From an uncultured cyanobacterium (GTDB taxonomy: Bacteria; Cyanobacteriota; Cyanobacteriia; Cyanobacteriales; CAWUOF01): a stretch of 64,000 nucleotides of DNA. The stretch spans positions 7,456,001 through 7,520,000 of the forward strand of contig CAVUSO010000001.1 of assembly GCA_963744145.1 (NCBI GenBank). Direction: 5' to 3'. Under the pieces are notes generated by a model, which was given only the letters and a program-made list of their open reading frames with translations, ran no database searches and was not told where the DNA came from. Position numbers and translations under genes: made by a program. This document shows positions 51,106 through 60,883 of this stretch, piece by piece (positions within the stretch are counted from its first letter, which is position 1; every line of letters begins with the position of its first letter).

Positions 51106-51167
51106 TCTGATTTTAGCGATAATCGGAGCGCGATCGATGAATAGAGTAACCTAAATTTTAAGTGATT

Positions 51168-51193
51168 AAAAAGCGCCTTGGATGTCAAGGCGC
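51168..51193 (-). terminator. Intrinsic terminator downstream of trxA
   Basis: GCGCCTTG-ACATC-CAAGGCGC followed by TTTTT on the minus strand. Confidence 0.7.
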
Positions 51194-51291
51194 AATCTTC
51201 ACCCAGATTAATTTTCACTGTCCTGAATGCCGCTAATTAAAATCAATCGGATCAGGATGGAACCTGGGGGCAAAACCAGTAGCACCTAGAT

Positions 51292-51394
51292 TTACTTTCC
51301 TATAGTTGTGGCTAGGGTAGTTTTGGGGACAGTAGCAACAACCAGATCCACCCTTTGACCTCCTTTAAAGATCATCAGGGTGAGAATACTACGG
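51292..51394 (-). pseudogene. Diverged tandem copy of the trxA 3' end
   Basis: 51301-51394 aligns to 51431-51524 (offset 130) and translates [33 protein letters not shown]. Confidence 0.8.
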
Positions 51395-51739
51395 GTGATG
51401 CTGATCGTGAGGATGATCGACATATTGTTGTATAGTTTTCCTTAGTGTAGTTTTGGGAACAGCACCAACAACCATATCCACTCTTTGACCTCCTTTAAAG
51501 ATCATCAGGGTGGGAATACTACGGATACCGTACTTAGTGGCCACATTGTGGTTTTCATCGGTATTAACTTTAACAACCTTGAGATGATCTTTGTATTCTT
51601 GTGCAATTTCTTCTACCACAGGTGCTACCATCCGGCACGGACCGCACCAAGGAGCCCAAAAATCAACTAATACAGGAATAGCGCTGTGAAGCACTGTTTT
51701 CTCAAATGTATCGTCTGTAACTGCTTCGGCTGATGACAT
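51389..51739 (-). CDS. trxA: Thioredoxin (m-type)
   Basis: WCGPC active site and GIRSIPTL. Confidence 0.97.
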   Translation of the reverse strand: MSSAEAVTDDTFEKTVLHSAIPVLVDFWAPWCGPCRMVAPVVEEIAQEYKDHLKVVKVNTDENHNVATKYGIRSIPTLMIFKGGQRVDMVVGAVPKTTLRKTIQQYVDHPHDQHHP

Positions 51740-51851
51740 ACCTGGAAATCCTTGCCTATTTTATCTCATGAGTATAGGGAAATTTTAACATAATTAAAAC
51801 CTGTATTAGTAGCTCTTTAGTTGATCTGTACTAGAGCTAAAAAACTAATTA

Positions 51852-51920
51852 AGAAACCGCCCGAACGTCAAATCGGGCGGAGTGTGGTGTGAGGAGTGAA
51901 CGGAAACATGCGTCTCCGCT
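51852..51920 (-). ncRNA. yfr1: Yfr1 small RNA
   Basis: The conserved ACTCCTCACAC (51897-51887) lies between a 5' hairpin (GCGGA...TTCCG) and a terminator (CCGCCCGA...TCGGGCGG-TTT), at the known position between guaB and trxA. Confidence 0.9.
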
Positions 51921-52037
51921 TTCTCTATTCTGACAGTTCATAGCTGATTTAGCTACAAAATTTTCCGATTATTCAGGACAATTTAAGAATTGAGAGAGCT
52001 GCTTTTGTCCTGCGGTTTTGAGGATAACTAGGTGTCT

Positions 52038-53201
52038 TTACTTACCCATCCCTAATTGTTGAGCTTTCTGATAAACTTTGCCTTCGGTTAATAATGATGG
52101 CGCAATTACGACTTCTACTTGTTGCATTTCTTTGATATTTTTAGCACCAAGAGTACCCATGCTAGTTTTCAAGGCTCCTAAAAGATTGTGAGTGCCATCA
52201 TCAAGTTGGGCAGGGCCACGCAAAATTTGTTCGACTGTGCCAGTGGTGCCAACTTTAATCCGAGTACCGCGAGGTAATACGGGACTAGGTGTGGCCATTC
52301 CCCAATGGTAACCCCGTCCGGGTGCTTCTTTGGCTCGGGCTAAGGGTGAACCAATCATGACCCCATCAGCCCCACAAGCGATCGCTTTACAAATATCACC
52401 ACCAGTAATTAAACCACCATCGGCGATAATCGGGATATATTTTTTGGTTTGATGGTAATATTCGTCACGAGCGGCGGCACAGTCGGCGATCGCTGTAGCT
52501 TGAGGAACTCCAATTCCTAAAACACCACGAGAAGTACAAGCCGCACCTGGACCAATGCCGATTAATACTCCCGCAGCTCCTGTTTGCATCAGGTTAAGTG
52601 CTACTTCGTAGGTGACGCAATTGCCCAAAATTACTGGCATGGGCATTTTTTGGCAAAATTCCCCTAAATCTAAAGGTGCTTGGGATGGACCAGGTAGATA
52701 GGTGGTGGAAACTACTGTGGCTTGAACAAAAAATAAATCGGCACCAGCTCCAGCGATGACCGAACTATATTTAATTGCGGCGGCTGGTGTCGCACTAACT
52801 GCGGCGATCGCACCAGCATTTTTGAGCTGTTGAATCCTTTTTTCTATTAGTTCTGTTTTAATTGGTTCTGCATAGAGTTGCTGCATTAATGCGACAAATT
52901 CGTTAGTGCCAACCGAAGTAATGCGTTCGAGAATCGGTTCGGGATCGGCATAACGGGTTTGAATTCCCTCTAGATTTAGTACACCGAGCGCCCCTAGCTT
53001 AGATAAAAGGGCTGCCATTGGTACATTGATTACTCCATCCATGGCACTAGCAATAATGGGAATTTCCCGTTCAATCCCACCAATTTGCCAGCGAGTGTCT
53101 GCCAAACTTGGATCAAGCGTCCGCTGGCCAGGGACTAGTGCGATTTCATCGATTCCATAAGCTCTACGAGCTGTTTTTCCCCGTCCAATTTGAATGTCCA
53201 C
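52038..53201 (-). CDS. guaB: GuaB3 family IMP dehydrogenase-related protein
   Basis: ASAMDGV, GIGPGAACTSR, IIADGG and WGMAT motifs. Confidence 0.93.
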   Translation of the reverse strand: MDIQIGRGKTARRAYGIDEIALVPGQRTLDPSLADTRWQIGGIEREIPIIASAMDGVINVPMAALLSKLGALGVLNLEGIQTRYADPEPILERITSVGTNEFVALMQQLYAEPIKTELIEKRIQQLKNAGAIAAVSATPAAAIKYSSVIAGAGADLFFVQATVVSTTYLPGPSQAPLDLGEFCQKMPMPVILGNCVTYEVALNLMQTGAAGVLIGIGPGAACTSRGVLGIGVPQATAIADCAAARDEYYHQTKKYIPIIADGGLITGGDICKAIACGADGVMIGSPLARAKEAPGRGYHWGMATPSPVLPRGTRIKVGTTGTVEQILRGPAQLDDGTHNLLGALKTSMGTLGAKNIKEMQQVEVVIAPSLLTEGKVYQKAQQLGMGK

Positions 53202-53343
53202 TCTTACTCGTTCCCAAAACTATTTAAGTAAGCGTATCAAATTATGCAGAAAAATTCCTCGATTCTTGGGTCTTTTGCTCTTTTTTAGCTCTGTTGATCT
53301 AGATAAAATTAAGATTAAACTAAAAACCCGAAATTTTTAATTT

Positions 53344-53706
53344 ATGAAGCTAAAACGACTAGGTCATGTGGCCATTTGTGTCCAGGATATTGACAAAGCT
53401 GTGGCTTTTTATCAAAACTTGGGTATGGAGGTAGCTTGGAAAAATCCAGATTGGGCTTATCTGAAAGCTGGTAATGATGGTTTGGCTCTCTTAAGTCCGA
53501 GTTATAAACAAGCTGAAGCTCATTTTGGGTTTATTTTTAGCGAGCGGGCTGAGTTAGAGACCGCTTATGAACAATTAGCAGCTCAAAATCTTCAGATCAC
53601 CAAGATTCATGAGCATCGGGATGGTACTGCTTCTTTCTATGGGAAAGATCCTGATGGTAATTGGTTTGAATATCTTTATGAACCTGGGACAGTAACAGTT
53701 TCGTAA
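53344..53706 (+). CDS. VOC/glyoxalase family protein
   Basis: LGHVAICV...HFGF...FYGKDPDGNWFE. Confidence 0.9.
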   Translation: MKLKRLGHVAICVQDIDKAVAFYQNLGMEVAWKNPDWAYLKAGNDGLALLSPSYKQAEAHFGFIFSERAELETAYEQLAAQNLQITKIHEHRDGTASFYGKDPDGNWFEYLYEPGTVTVS

Positions 53707-53754
53707 AAGCTGATCTAGGGTCGAGTTCTAGCAACTAGTTGATGACATTACTAT

Positions 53755-53958
53755 TCAGAATTCATCAGTAACTTCTACTCGACCTTTGACGATCAGACGG
53801 ATTAAACGGTCTAGGGATCTAATTTCTTCTTGACTGGTATACTCATCTAAGATTGCGGCCATGATCCCATATCGATCGGCTTGAGTAACTTTGTGAGTAT
53901 CAGTTACATCTGCGATTAGTTGATTGATCGCACCTGGGAGCAGATTGATTTCAGACAT
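53755..53958 (-). CDS. Small conserved cyanobacterial hypothetical protein
   Basis: LLPGAI...TQADRYGIMAAIL...EE.RSLDRL..L..GR pattern. Confidence 0.7.
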   Translation of the reverse strand: MSEINLLPGAINQLIADVTDTHKVTQADRYGIMAAILDEYTSQEEIRSLDRLIRLIVKGRVEVTDEF

Positions 53959-54454
53959 AATGTTGATCCTTAACTCGACCTATTGATCATCTCTTTTGTT
54001 CCTTAAATATTAAGTGATGGGATTGATTTTTCAATGTGATATCTTCAGGAATTTTTTGTGACCTCTTATTGCTTGATCTGTGATCGCTAAGAAAAACGAT
54101 CGCTAGCGGTGATTTTTCTACGCGATCGCACGATCAGTCTTTTGGGTATAATTGAGATTATCGATATTATTACTTAGAAAATCATAGTTTAAGTAGCGAT
54201 TGATAATTCACCTATTATTTGTACTCGACCTCTGATTTTCCGGGTGAGGGAGATCACCAATTGGGTGATCTGTTGATGTCAACGGGATCACTCCCTAGAT
54301 AAAAATCTATGGAAAATGAATTATTTAATAATTATTCTTATAATAGATGACGCCCCAGATTACTTAGGGGAAAGAATATGGCATAATCGCCATCTTTTTC
54401 TTTAATAAAGTTAAAGGGTAATTTATACAGAAATTACCCCAAACTAAACCCTAG

Positions 54455-54970
54455 TTAATGGTCAACATTAGTTAATGAATTATTGGTTAACAGAGATTTA
54501 TTTCGATTAGCAATATTCCGTTCTGGATCGATACCTTTAAAAGTTGGAGGTATCCAAGCTCGAACTAGCAATAGAATGGCTAAAGTTAACAAAAATCCAC
54601 CTGTTGATAAAATTTGTACCCAAGGAGTTTCTAATACTCCGTGAACAATTACTTCTCGTAAAACCGAAACTATTGAAACTTCTACTGCTACTCCGATCGA
54701 AACCCGCTGTTCTTGCAAATAGATAATTAATAGCCGAAATAATTCCACCAAAATTAATAAAAACAGGATATCTGCTGTGACTTCTTTAAAATTCAAGGGT
54801 GGTAGCAAGGAGAAAAACATTTCTCTTAGTTGTAAGACCATGAAACAGAATAGACCTAGACAGAGGGAAATGACAATTAAGTCTTGGACTGTTTCTAAGC
54901 TCTTGACGACTAAATCGCGATTAAAGCATCTATACCAGGTACTTACAGAACTATTTAAAGGCTTTTCCAT
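54455..54970 (-). CDS. PsiE family membrane protein
   Basis: Several TM helices; LILVELFR and IVSVLREVI motifs. Confidence 0.82.
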   Translation of the reverse strand: MEKPLNSSVSTWYRCFNRDLVVKSLETVQDLIVISLCLGLFCFMVLQLREMFFSLLPPLNFKEVTADILFLLILVELFRLLIIYLQEQRVSIGVAVEVSIVSVLREVIVHGVLETPWVQILSTGGFLLTLAILLLVRAWIPPTFKGIDPERNIANRNKSLLTNNSLTNVDH

Positions 54971-55162
54971 TGCTAAGTTTCTCCACTTTTCTACGTTGCT
55001 ATTTATGGTAACTTAAGTTTAGTCTATATTTACCAAAATCAATGATTAAATATAATTATGATTATCATTATTAAATGCAAGAATTAAAGTGCAGAGAAAT
55101 TTTTCAGATTAGTTTAAGATCATGAATAACACCAATTTAATGTGAAGTTGCACAGATCTAGA

Positions 55163-55299
55163 ATCCCCCTAAATCCCCCTTAACAAGGGGGACTTTAAAT
55201 TCCGGCTCCCCCTTAACAAGGGGGACTTTAAATTCCGGCTCCCCCTTGTTAAGGGGGTTGGGGGGATTGCTCCCCCTTGTTAAGGGGACTGGGGGGATC
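55163..55299. repeat. Cluster of CCCCCTTAACAAGGGGG-type palindromic repeats
   Basis: Four copies, two direct and two inverted. Confidence 0.8.
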
Positions 55300-55359
55300 A
55301 ATTCTATGCAGATTGATCAAGAATTGGCATCAAGATTTTTTCACTCAATCCTAAAACTT

Positions 55360-55761
55360 ATGGCTGATATTGTTGATATTGCAGTTGGTGCAGGTTCTTT
55401 CCAAACTCTAGTGACAGCAGTCCAAGCTGCTAATTTGGTCGGAGCTCTCAAAAGTGCAGGTCCTTTTACTGTGTTTGCACCAAATGATGATGCTTTTGCT
55501 AAGTTACCACCAGGAACAATTACCACGTTAGTCCAAAATATTCCTCAACTGACTAGGATTCTCAAGTTTCATGTGGTTTCTGGAAAATTTATGCAAGCTG
55601 ATTTGGCAAAATTAGGTTCGGTGACATCTCTTGAAGGTGAATCAATTAAGGTTGATTGTTCCGATGGGTTTGAAGTAAAAAATGCTACTGTGATCGCTCC
55701 GGATATTGAAGCTGATAATGGTGTTATTCATGTGATTGACACGGTTATTTTGATGGGGTAA
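55360..55761 (+). CDS. cupS: Fasciclin-domain protein CupS of the NDH-1(3) complex
   Basis: IVDIAV...TLVTAV..ANLV..L...[17 protein letters not shown]...[14 protein letters not shown]; 133 aa, adjacent to cupA. Confidence 0.85.
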   Translation: MADIVDIAVGAGSFQTLVTAVQAANLVGALKSAGPFTVFAPNDDAFAKLPPGTITTLVQNIPQLTRILKFHVVSGKFMQADLAKLGSVTSLEGESIKVDCSDGFEVKNATVIAPDIEADNGVIHVIDTVILMG

Positions 55762-55834
55762 AAAAAAGGGGGGTAAGGATAATTGATTAATTACCCCTTC
55801 CTCCCTAATTACCCGTGTAAACAAAATTGACCTT

Positions 55835-57130
55835 TTATCTGTAATCTTGATTTTGAATATCCCGTAAGCGAGCTTCGGGACGTTTAAAACGATCCATTTG
55901 CATTTCAAAAAAAGCGCGATTAGCTTTTAAATGTTTGGGATTTTGATCCTCTAAAGGATAGAGTAATGCAGCTCTGAGAGCTTGAATCACCGCCGAAGTT
56001 ACATTATACATGGAACGCTGAAAAGTTATCCCTAACTGAATCAGCAGATCATCTTCACCTCGGCAATGTTGACGATAATATTCTAGCAGATAAGGCGGCA
56101 AAAAGTGTAGCATATCTTGCATTAATAATGTTGGGGGAATTCCTGCTGTCCCGACGGGAAAAACATCAGCATAGAGAATTCCATAATGGAAATCTTTTTG
56201 GTGTTCAGGAACTTGTTTAGCTTGAGCATTATAGGATTTTGTCCCTCGGAAAGGAGAAGTCCGATAAAACACAGCTTCTACATAAGGTAATGCTGCTTCA
56301 TATAACCACATAAATCCCTGGGATTTGGGGACGATTTCATACATTTCTCCCCGAATATATACATGATGGTAAATGGGACGTCCAGCGATCGCAAAAATCC
56401 CATTAATTAGGAAATTCATTGCGTCCGGAACACCTTTAAATCCACCTTCATCATAAATATCGGACATTTCAAAGAAAACCGGAGCCATGATTTCCCAGAA
56501 TAATCCCAGATTAGCATAGTAGGACATCTGACGACATTGTTCTAAGAACATATCTGGGAAGAGCAGATATAAACCCAGCATGACTGGATTATATTTGAAA
56601 TAAGCCCGAATCGCGCGATCGGCATTAGCTTTATATTCCGCACTATCTAAATAGTCATTAAAGCGTCCACCCATTCCTTGGTGCCATAACATCGATCGCA
56701 TACATTCTTCCGCGAATTCCATATTAATGCGATCGTGCCAGAGGTGATGAAATAACTTGGGCATTTTCAGAGTTTCACCTTTTTCCATGAACTGTAAAAG
56801 TTCTGGATGGGCTGTACCTGGTCCTCTCCAAATCCGCAGATCTGCATCATCTCCAGCATAATGATTTTCCAAATCTAAATACTCTTGAGGTAAAAAGTAT
56901 TTAAAGAAAGGAAAAGGATCTAAAAAGACTTTTTCGGCAATATAAAGTAAATTGCGCCAATAAAAATCCATTGGTACTGCATAAGCTTTATAAATACCAA
57001 TGATCTGCATGAGGTTTTCTGGAGTGTCTGGTAACATGGAACCACCAGCTTCTAAACGGTGAATTACTTCAGCAAATTCATGTCGAGAAGGGGGTAATTT
57101 GACGCTAGGTTGGGGAGGAGCTTGAATCAT
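55835..57130 (-). CDS. cupA: CO2 hydration protein CupA/ChpY
   Basis: IHRLEAGGSMLPDTPENL, HDRINMEFAE and SYNAQA motifs; 431 aa, downstream of ndhF3/ndhD3. Confidence 0.95.
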   Translation of the reverse strand: MIQAPPQPSVKLPPSRHEFAEVIHRLEAGGSMLPDTPENLMQIIGIYKAYAVPMDFYWRNLLYIAEKVFLDPFPFFKYFLPQEYLDLENHYAGDDADLRIWRGPGTAHPELLQFMEKGETLKMPKLFHHLWHDRINMEFAEECMRSMLWHQGMGGRFNDYLDSAEYKANADRAIRAYFKYNPVMLGLYLLFPDMFLEQCRQMSYYANLGLFWEIMAPVFFEMSDIYDEGGFKGVPDAMNFLINGIFAIAGRPIYHHVYIRGEMYEIVPKSQGFMWLYEAALPYVEAVFYRTSPFRGTKSYNAQAKQVPEHQKDFHYGILYADVFPVGTAGIPPTLLMQDMLHFLPPYLLEYYRQHCRGEDDLLIQLGITFQRSMYNVTSAVIQALRAALLYPLEDQNPKHLKANRAFFEMQMDRFKRPEARLRDIQNQDYR

Positions 57131-57139
57131 GATAATTTC

Positions 57140-58651
57140 CTATTTTTGAATCAAAGATTGATCATTAGCTGCTAATTGAGGAGCTGGATAATTGGGGAGA
57201 GTTGCGACAATTTCCGTCGAACTTGCTTCACTCCAACGGACTAACCAAGTTGGTTGGATTCCCAAGAAAAAGATTACTGCTGCTAAAATTAATGCGGTGT
57301 TACGTTCCCAGCTAAAAACTTTAGGATAGTAAGCAGTTTTGTTATCTAATTTGCCAAAACAAGTCCGGTTGAGCAAAATCACAAAGTAAACTGCTGTTAA
57401 TCCGCTGCTTAATACTAACAAAATTGTCGGGATGGGAAAGACAGAGAAACTACCTTGAAAGACTATAAATTCAGAGATAAATCCAACTAATCCGGGAATC
57501 CCAGCACTAGCCATTCCTCCTAGAATTAATAAGGAACTAATTAAAGGTAAACCACGAATCGGACTCATTAAACCGTTGAGTTGATTTAAATCTCGAGTAC
57601 CAACTTTAATTTCAATTACTCCGACTAAGTGAAAGAGAAGTGCTAAAATTAAGCCGTGACTAACCATTTGAGCAACAGCACCAACTAAACTTAAAGATGT
57701 CACCGCTGCACCAGCAACTAAAATATAGCCCATGTGACCGATGGAACTATATGCTACCATGCGTTTAATGTCTTTTTGCGCAATCGCTGCGATCGCACCA
57801 TATAACACACTAACAGTTCCCCAAATTGCCAGAGCGGGAGCTAAATAAGACCAAGTTTCGGGAAATAACCCTAGACAAAAACGTAGTAAACCATAAGTTC
57901 CTAACTTGGCTAAAATTCCACCTAACAGAATTGCTACTGGTGGAGAAGCTTCGACATAAGCATCAGGTAACCAAGTATGGAAAGGTACTAAGGGAGTTTT
58001 AATTCCAAAACCGATTAATAAGGCAATAATGATGATTAGTTGTACTCCGAATGGTAAAACTTGACTTTTGAGGGAAGCGTAATCAAAGTTACTAGAACCA
58101 CTCACAAAAGCTAATCCCAAAAATGCCGCTAAAATTAGAATTCCTGAAACTGCTGTATACAGTAAAAATTTCATTGCTGCATAATCGCGTTTCGGTCCTC
58201 CCCAAATCGCAATGAGCAAATAGAGGGGAATTAATTCCACTTCATAGAATAACACGAACAACAGCGCATTCTGAGCTACAAATGCTCCAGCTATTCCGGA
58301 ATTGACTAACAAAGTCAAAGCGTAGAACAGCCGAGGACGGGATTGATTACAATCGCTGCTATAAATAACAATCCAGGTCAAGAAGCTATTTAAAGCTAGG
58401 AGTGGTAAAGATATTCCATCTATAGCCAAATGATAGTTTAATCCTAATGGTTTGAGCCAAGGTAGAAATTCAGTAAATTGTAACCCAGGGGCGGTAATGT
58501 CAAATTTACCCATTAGGAATATAGTCCAGCCCACAATTATTGTCGCTAAACCTAATCCTACCCAACGAATCCTTTCTACTGAAATATTTTTCGGGATTAA
58601 ACTAATCAGAATCGCTCCGATAATTGGCAATAAAATCAAGGTAGTGAGCAT
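57140..58651 (-). CDS. ndhD3: NDH-1 subunit 4 (NdhD3)
   Basis: PFHTWLPDAY, LAKLGTYG and AYSSIGHMG motifs; operon context. Confidence 0.93.
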   Translation of the reverse strand: MLTTLILLPIIGAILISLIPKNISVERIRWVGLGLATIIVGWTIFLMGKFDITAPGLQFTEFLPWLKPLGLNYHLAIDGISLPLLALNSFLTWIVIYSSDCNQSRPRLFYALTLLVNSGIAGAFVAQNALLFVLFYEVELIPLYLLIAIWGGPKRDYAAMKFLLYTAVSGILILAAFLGLAFVSGSSNFDYASLKSQVLPFGVQLIIIIALLIGFGIKTPLVPFHTWLPDAYVEASPPVAILLGGILAKLGTYGLLRFCLGLFPETWSYLAPALAIWGTVSVLYGAIAAIAQKDIKRMVAYSSIGHMGYILVAGAAVTSLSLVGAVAQMVSHGLILALLFHLVGVIEIKVGTRDLNQLNGLMSPIRGLPLISSLLILGGMASAGIPGLVGFISEFIVFQGSFSVFPIPTILLVLSSGLTAVYFVILLNRTCFGKLDNKTAYYPKVFSWERNTALILAAVIFFLGIQPTWLVRWSEASSTEIVATLPNYPAPQLAANDQSLIQK

Positions 58652-58713
58652 AATTTTCCGGGATGGTTAGTTGTTTCTGTTTGCTTGCTAATCAAGGAAT
58701 TAGCAATTAGTAA

Positions 58714-60576
58714 TTAGGTGGTGCTGATTACACTCAAATGAGATAGAGCTGGCCAACAAACAATGATGCCCAAGAGTGAAATACCAAGCAGAATGGTGAG
58801 TACATAAAATTGGGTTTGACCAGAAGTGTTATATTTTAAACTTTGTCCGCTGAAAACAGTTACTAAGCCGAATAAATTGACAATTCCATCAACAATATAT
58901 TTGTCAATCCAAGCAATGAATTGAGACAGTATATCGATCGCAAAGACAAAACTAATTCGATATAGTTTGGCGGTGTAGAGGTCATAGGAGAGAAAGTCTT
59001 GCAATGATTTTGATGGTAATTGCACAGGAATTGGTAACATTCTCATCAGATAAATAGCAACTCCCACCGCAAAACCTAATCCACTTGATGCTGCTAATGC
59101 GATCGCAATTCCTAAGTTAATTTCTGTCCAGTTTGGTAAGAGTGATAAGCTGGCTAAAACTAAAGGAAAATGCAAGACTATAGACATTAAAACCACTGTT
59201 GGTAAAATCATGGGCCATGCAACTTCAGGCGATCGCATGGTCATTAATTTTGGTTTACCTCCAAAGATTAAACTGAATACACGAGTCAGACTAAATGCAG
59301 TTAAGCTATTGATTAATAGCAAAATTCCCACTAACCAAGGGTAATTATGCCATAAGCTTTCTGCGAGTTTAAGAAATGCCCAAAAACTGCCTAAAGGTGG
59401 TACAGCTAAAATCCCAAAAGCACCGACTATAAATGCGATCGCAGGAATCGGACGACGAGACCATAAACCTCCCAGTTGAGTTAGGTCTTGACTGATGTTA
59501 TTCCACACAATACAACCAACACTCATCACTAATAATCCCATGCCGATCGCATAAGTTAGGACCAGTAATAAAGCTGCTTCTACTTGTTGAGTACCGACTG
59601 CGATAAAGACTAAACCCATGTAAGCACTAACGGAATAGGAAAGCGCACGTTTGACATCAATTTGGGCGATCGCGATCGCACTAGCACCTACTGCTGTTAC
59701 TGCTCCAACAAATACAGTTACCGAGAGAACAAAAGGAGATAAAGCTAATACAGGTGTTAATTTTACTAACACCCAAGCACCAGTTGTTACCACCACGGAA
59801 TTCCGGAGAATGGTACTGGGTAAAGGTCCTTCCATTGCTTCATCTAACCAAAGATGTAAAGGAAATTGAGCGCATTTACCCATTGGTCCAGCAATTAAAG
59901 CTAAACCTACTAAAGCAGCAATTGTCGGATCTAGATTTGCTGTTTGTGCCCATTTTGCTAGTTCAGAAAAATCCCAAGTTCCTGCTAAGGGATAGAGAGC
60001 AAGAACTCCCATCAGTAATACTAAATCCCCGACTCGTTTGGTTAAAAAAGCATCTCTAGCACCTGTAACTACTAAAGGTTGACTAAACCAAAGTCCGACT
60101 AATAGATAAGTACCAAGGGTGAGAATTTCGAGAATGATGTAGCTAAAAAATAGCGAATCACACAGGGATAATCCACACATTCCAGCTTCAAAGATCGCTA
60201 ACATGGAATAAAACCTTGCCCATCCCCAATCCATTTCCATATATGCGATCGCATATACTTGAGCAAGGAGATTAATTCCTGTGACTAATACCGTACCAGC
60301 TACAGTGACGGAAGAGATTTCGATCGGGATGGTTAAATTGAGATTTGCTACTTCTAACCAAGTAAATACTATTTCTTGGGGTGGTTGATTCCAAATTCCT
60401 ATTAGCGCGATCGCACCATGAAGAAAAGCAATTAATGTTGTGATCGCATTGATATAACCTGCTGGTCTTGGTCCAGTATTCCGAATGATCGCTGGAGACC
60501 AAGGTATAGCTAAAATTACACCGATCAGAGGATAGCATGGTACTAACCAGATCGTCTGAAGCAAAATCTGGGTCAT
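58714..60576 (-). CDS. ndhF3: NDH-1 subunit 5 (NdhF3)
   Basis: GPRPAGY, YMEMDWGWARF and KCAQFPLHLWLDEAMEGP motifs. Confidence 0.94.
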   Translation of the reverse strand: MTQILLQTIWLVPCYPLIGVILAIPWSPAIIRNTGPRPAGYINAITTLIAFLHGAIALIGIWNQPPQEIVFTWLEVANLNLTIPIEISSVTVAGTVLVTGINLLAQVYAIAYMEMDWGWARFYSMLAIFEAGMCGLSLCDSLFFSYIILEILTLGTYLLVGLWFSQPLVVTGARDAFLTKRVGDLVLLMGVLALYPLAGTWDFSELAKWAQTANLDPTIAALVGLALIAGPMGKCAQFPLHLWLDEAMEGPLPSTILRNSVVVTTGAWVLVKLTPVLALSPFVLSVTVFVGAVTAVGASAIAIAQIDVKRALSYSVSAYMGLVFIAVGTQQVEAALLLVLTYAIGMGLLVMSVGCIVWNNISQDLTQLGGLWSRRPIPAIAFIVGAFGILAVPPLGSFWAFLKLAESLWHNYPWLVGILLLINSLTAFSLTRVFSLIFGGKPKLMTMRSPEVAWPMILPTVVLMSIVLHFPLVLASLSLLPNWTEINLGIAIALAASSGLGFAVGVAIYLMRMLPIPVQLPSKSLQDFLSYDLYTAKLYRISFVFAIDILSQFIAWIDKYIVDGIVNLFGLVTVFSGQSLKYNTSGQTQFYVLTILLGISLLGIIVCWPALSHLSVISTT

Positions 60577-60720
60577 GGAAATGATCCTTTAACTTGGTAA
60601 GGGAAATGATTAATTATCTCTTTTTGTGAAATGGCTTTTTGCCTTTCCACCATGGGATTTCGGTTAAATCTAAAAATACTATAAAGTTATCCATTTAGTC
60701 TAGATTAGATATTTAATATA

Positions 60721-60744
60721 TATCATAGATAATCATCTATGATA
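60721..60744. promoter_or_regulatory. Probable NdhR/CcmR (LysR-type) operator upstream of ndhF3
   Basis: ATAG-N8-CTAT (60725-60740) inside the longer palindrome TATCATAGAT-AATC-ATCTATGATA, about 150 bp upstream of ndhF3. Confidence 0.7.
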
Positions 60745-60883
60745 AGTTCAGCTTATAAATACTATTAGTGAAGTCGTAATGGTGACGCGATCGGCATATT
60801 TTACAATATTTAAGCTTAATGTACTTAATTTTTGGTATTTTGAATGGAGCTACTAGATCAAAATTAGACGTAGGAAACAGAAG

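Noticed and set aside
55246..55359. N-terminal extension of the fasciclin ORF
   Set aside because: It begins inside the palindromic repeat cluster; ATG 55360 matches the CupS start.
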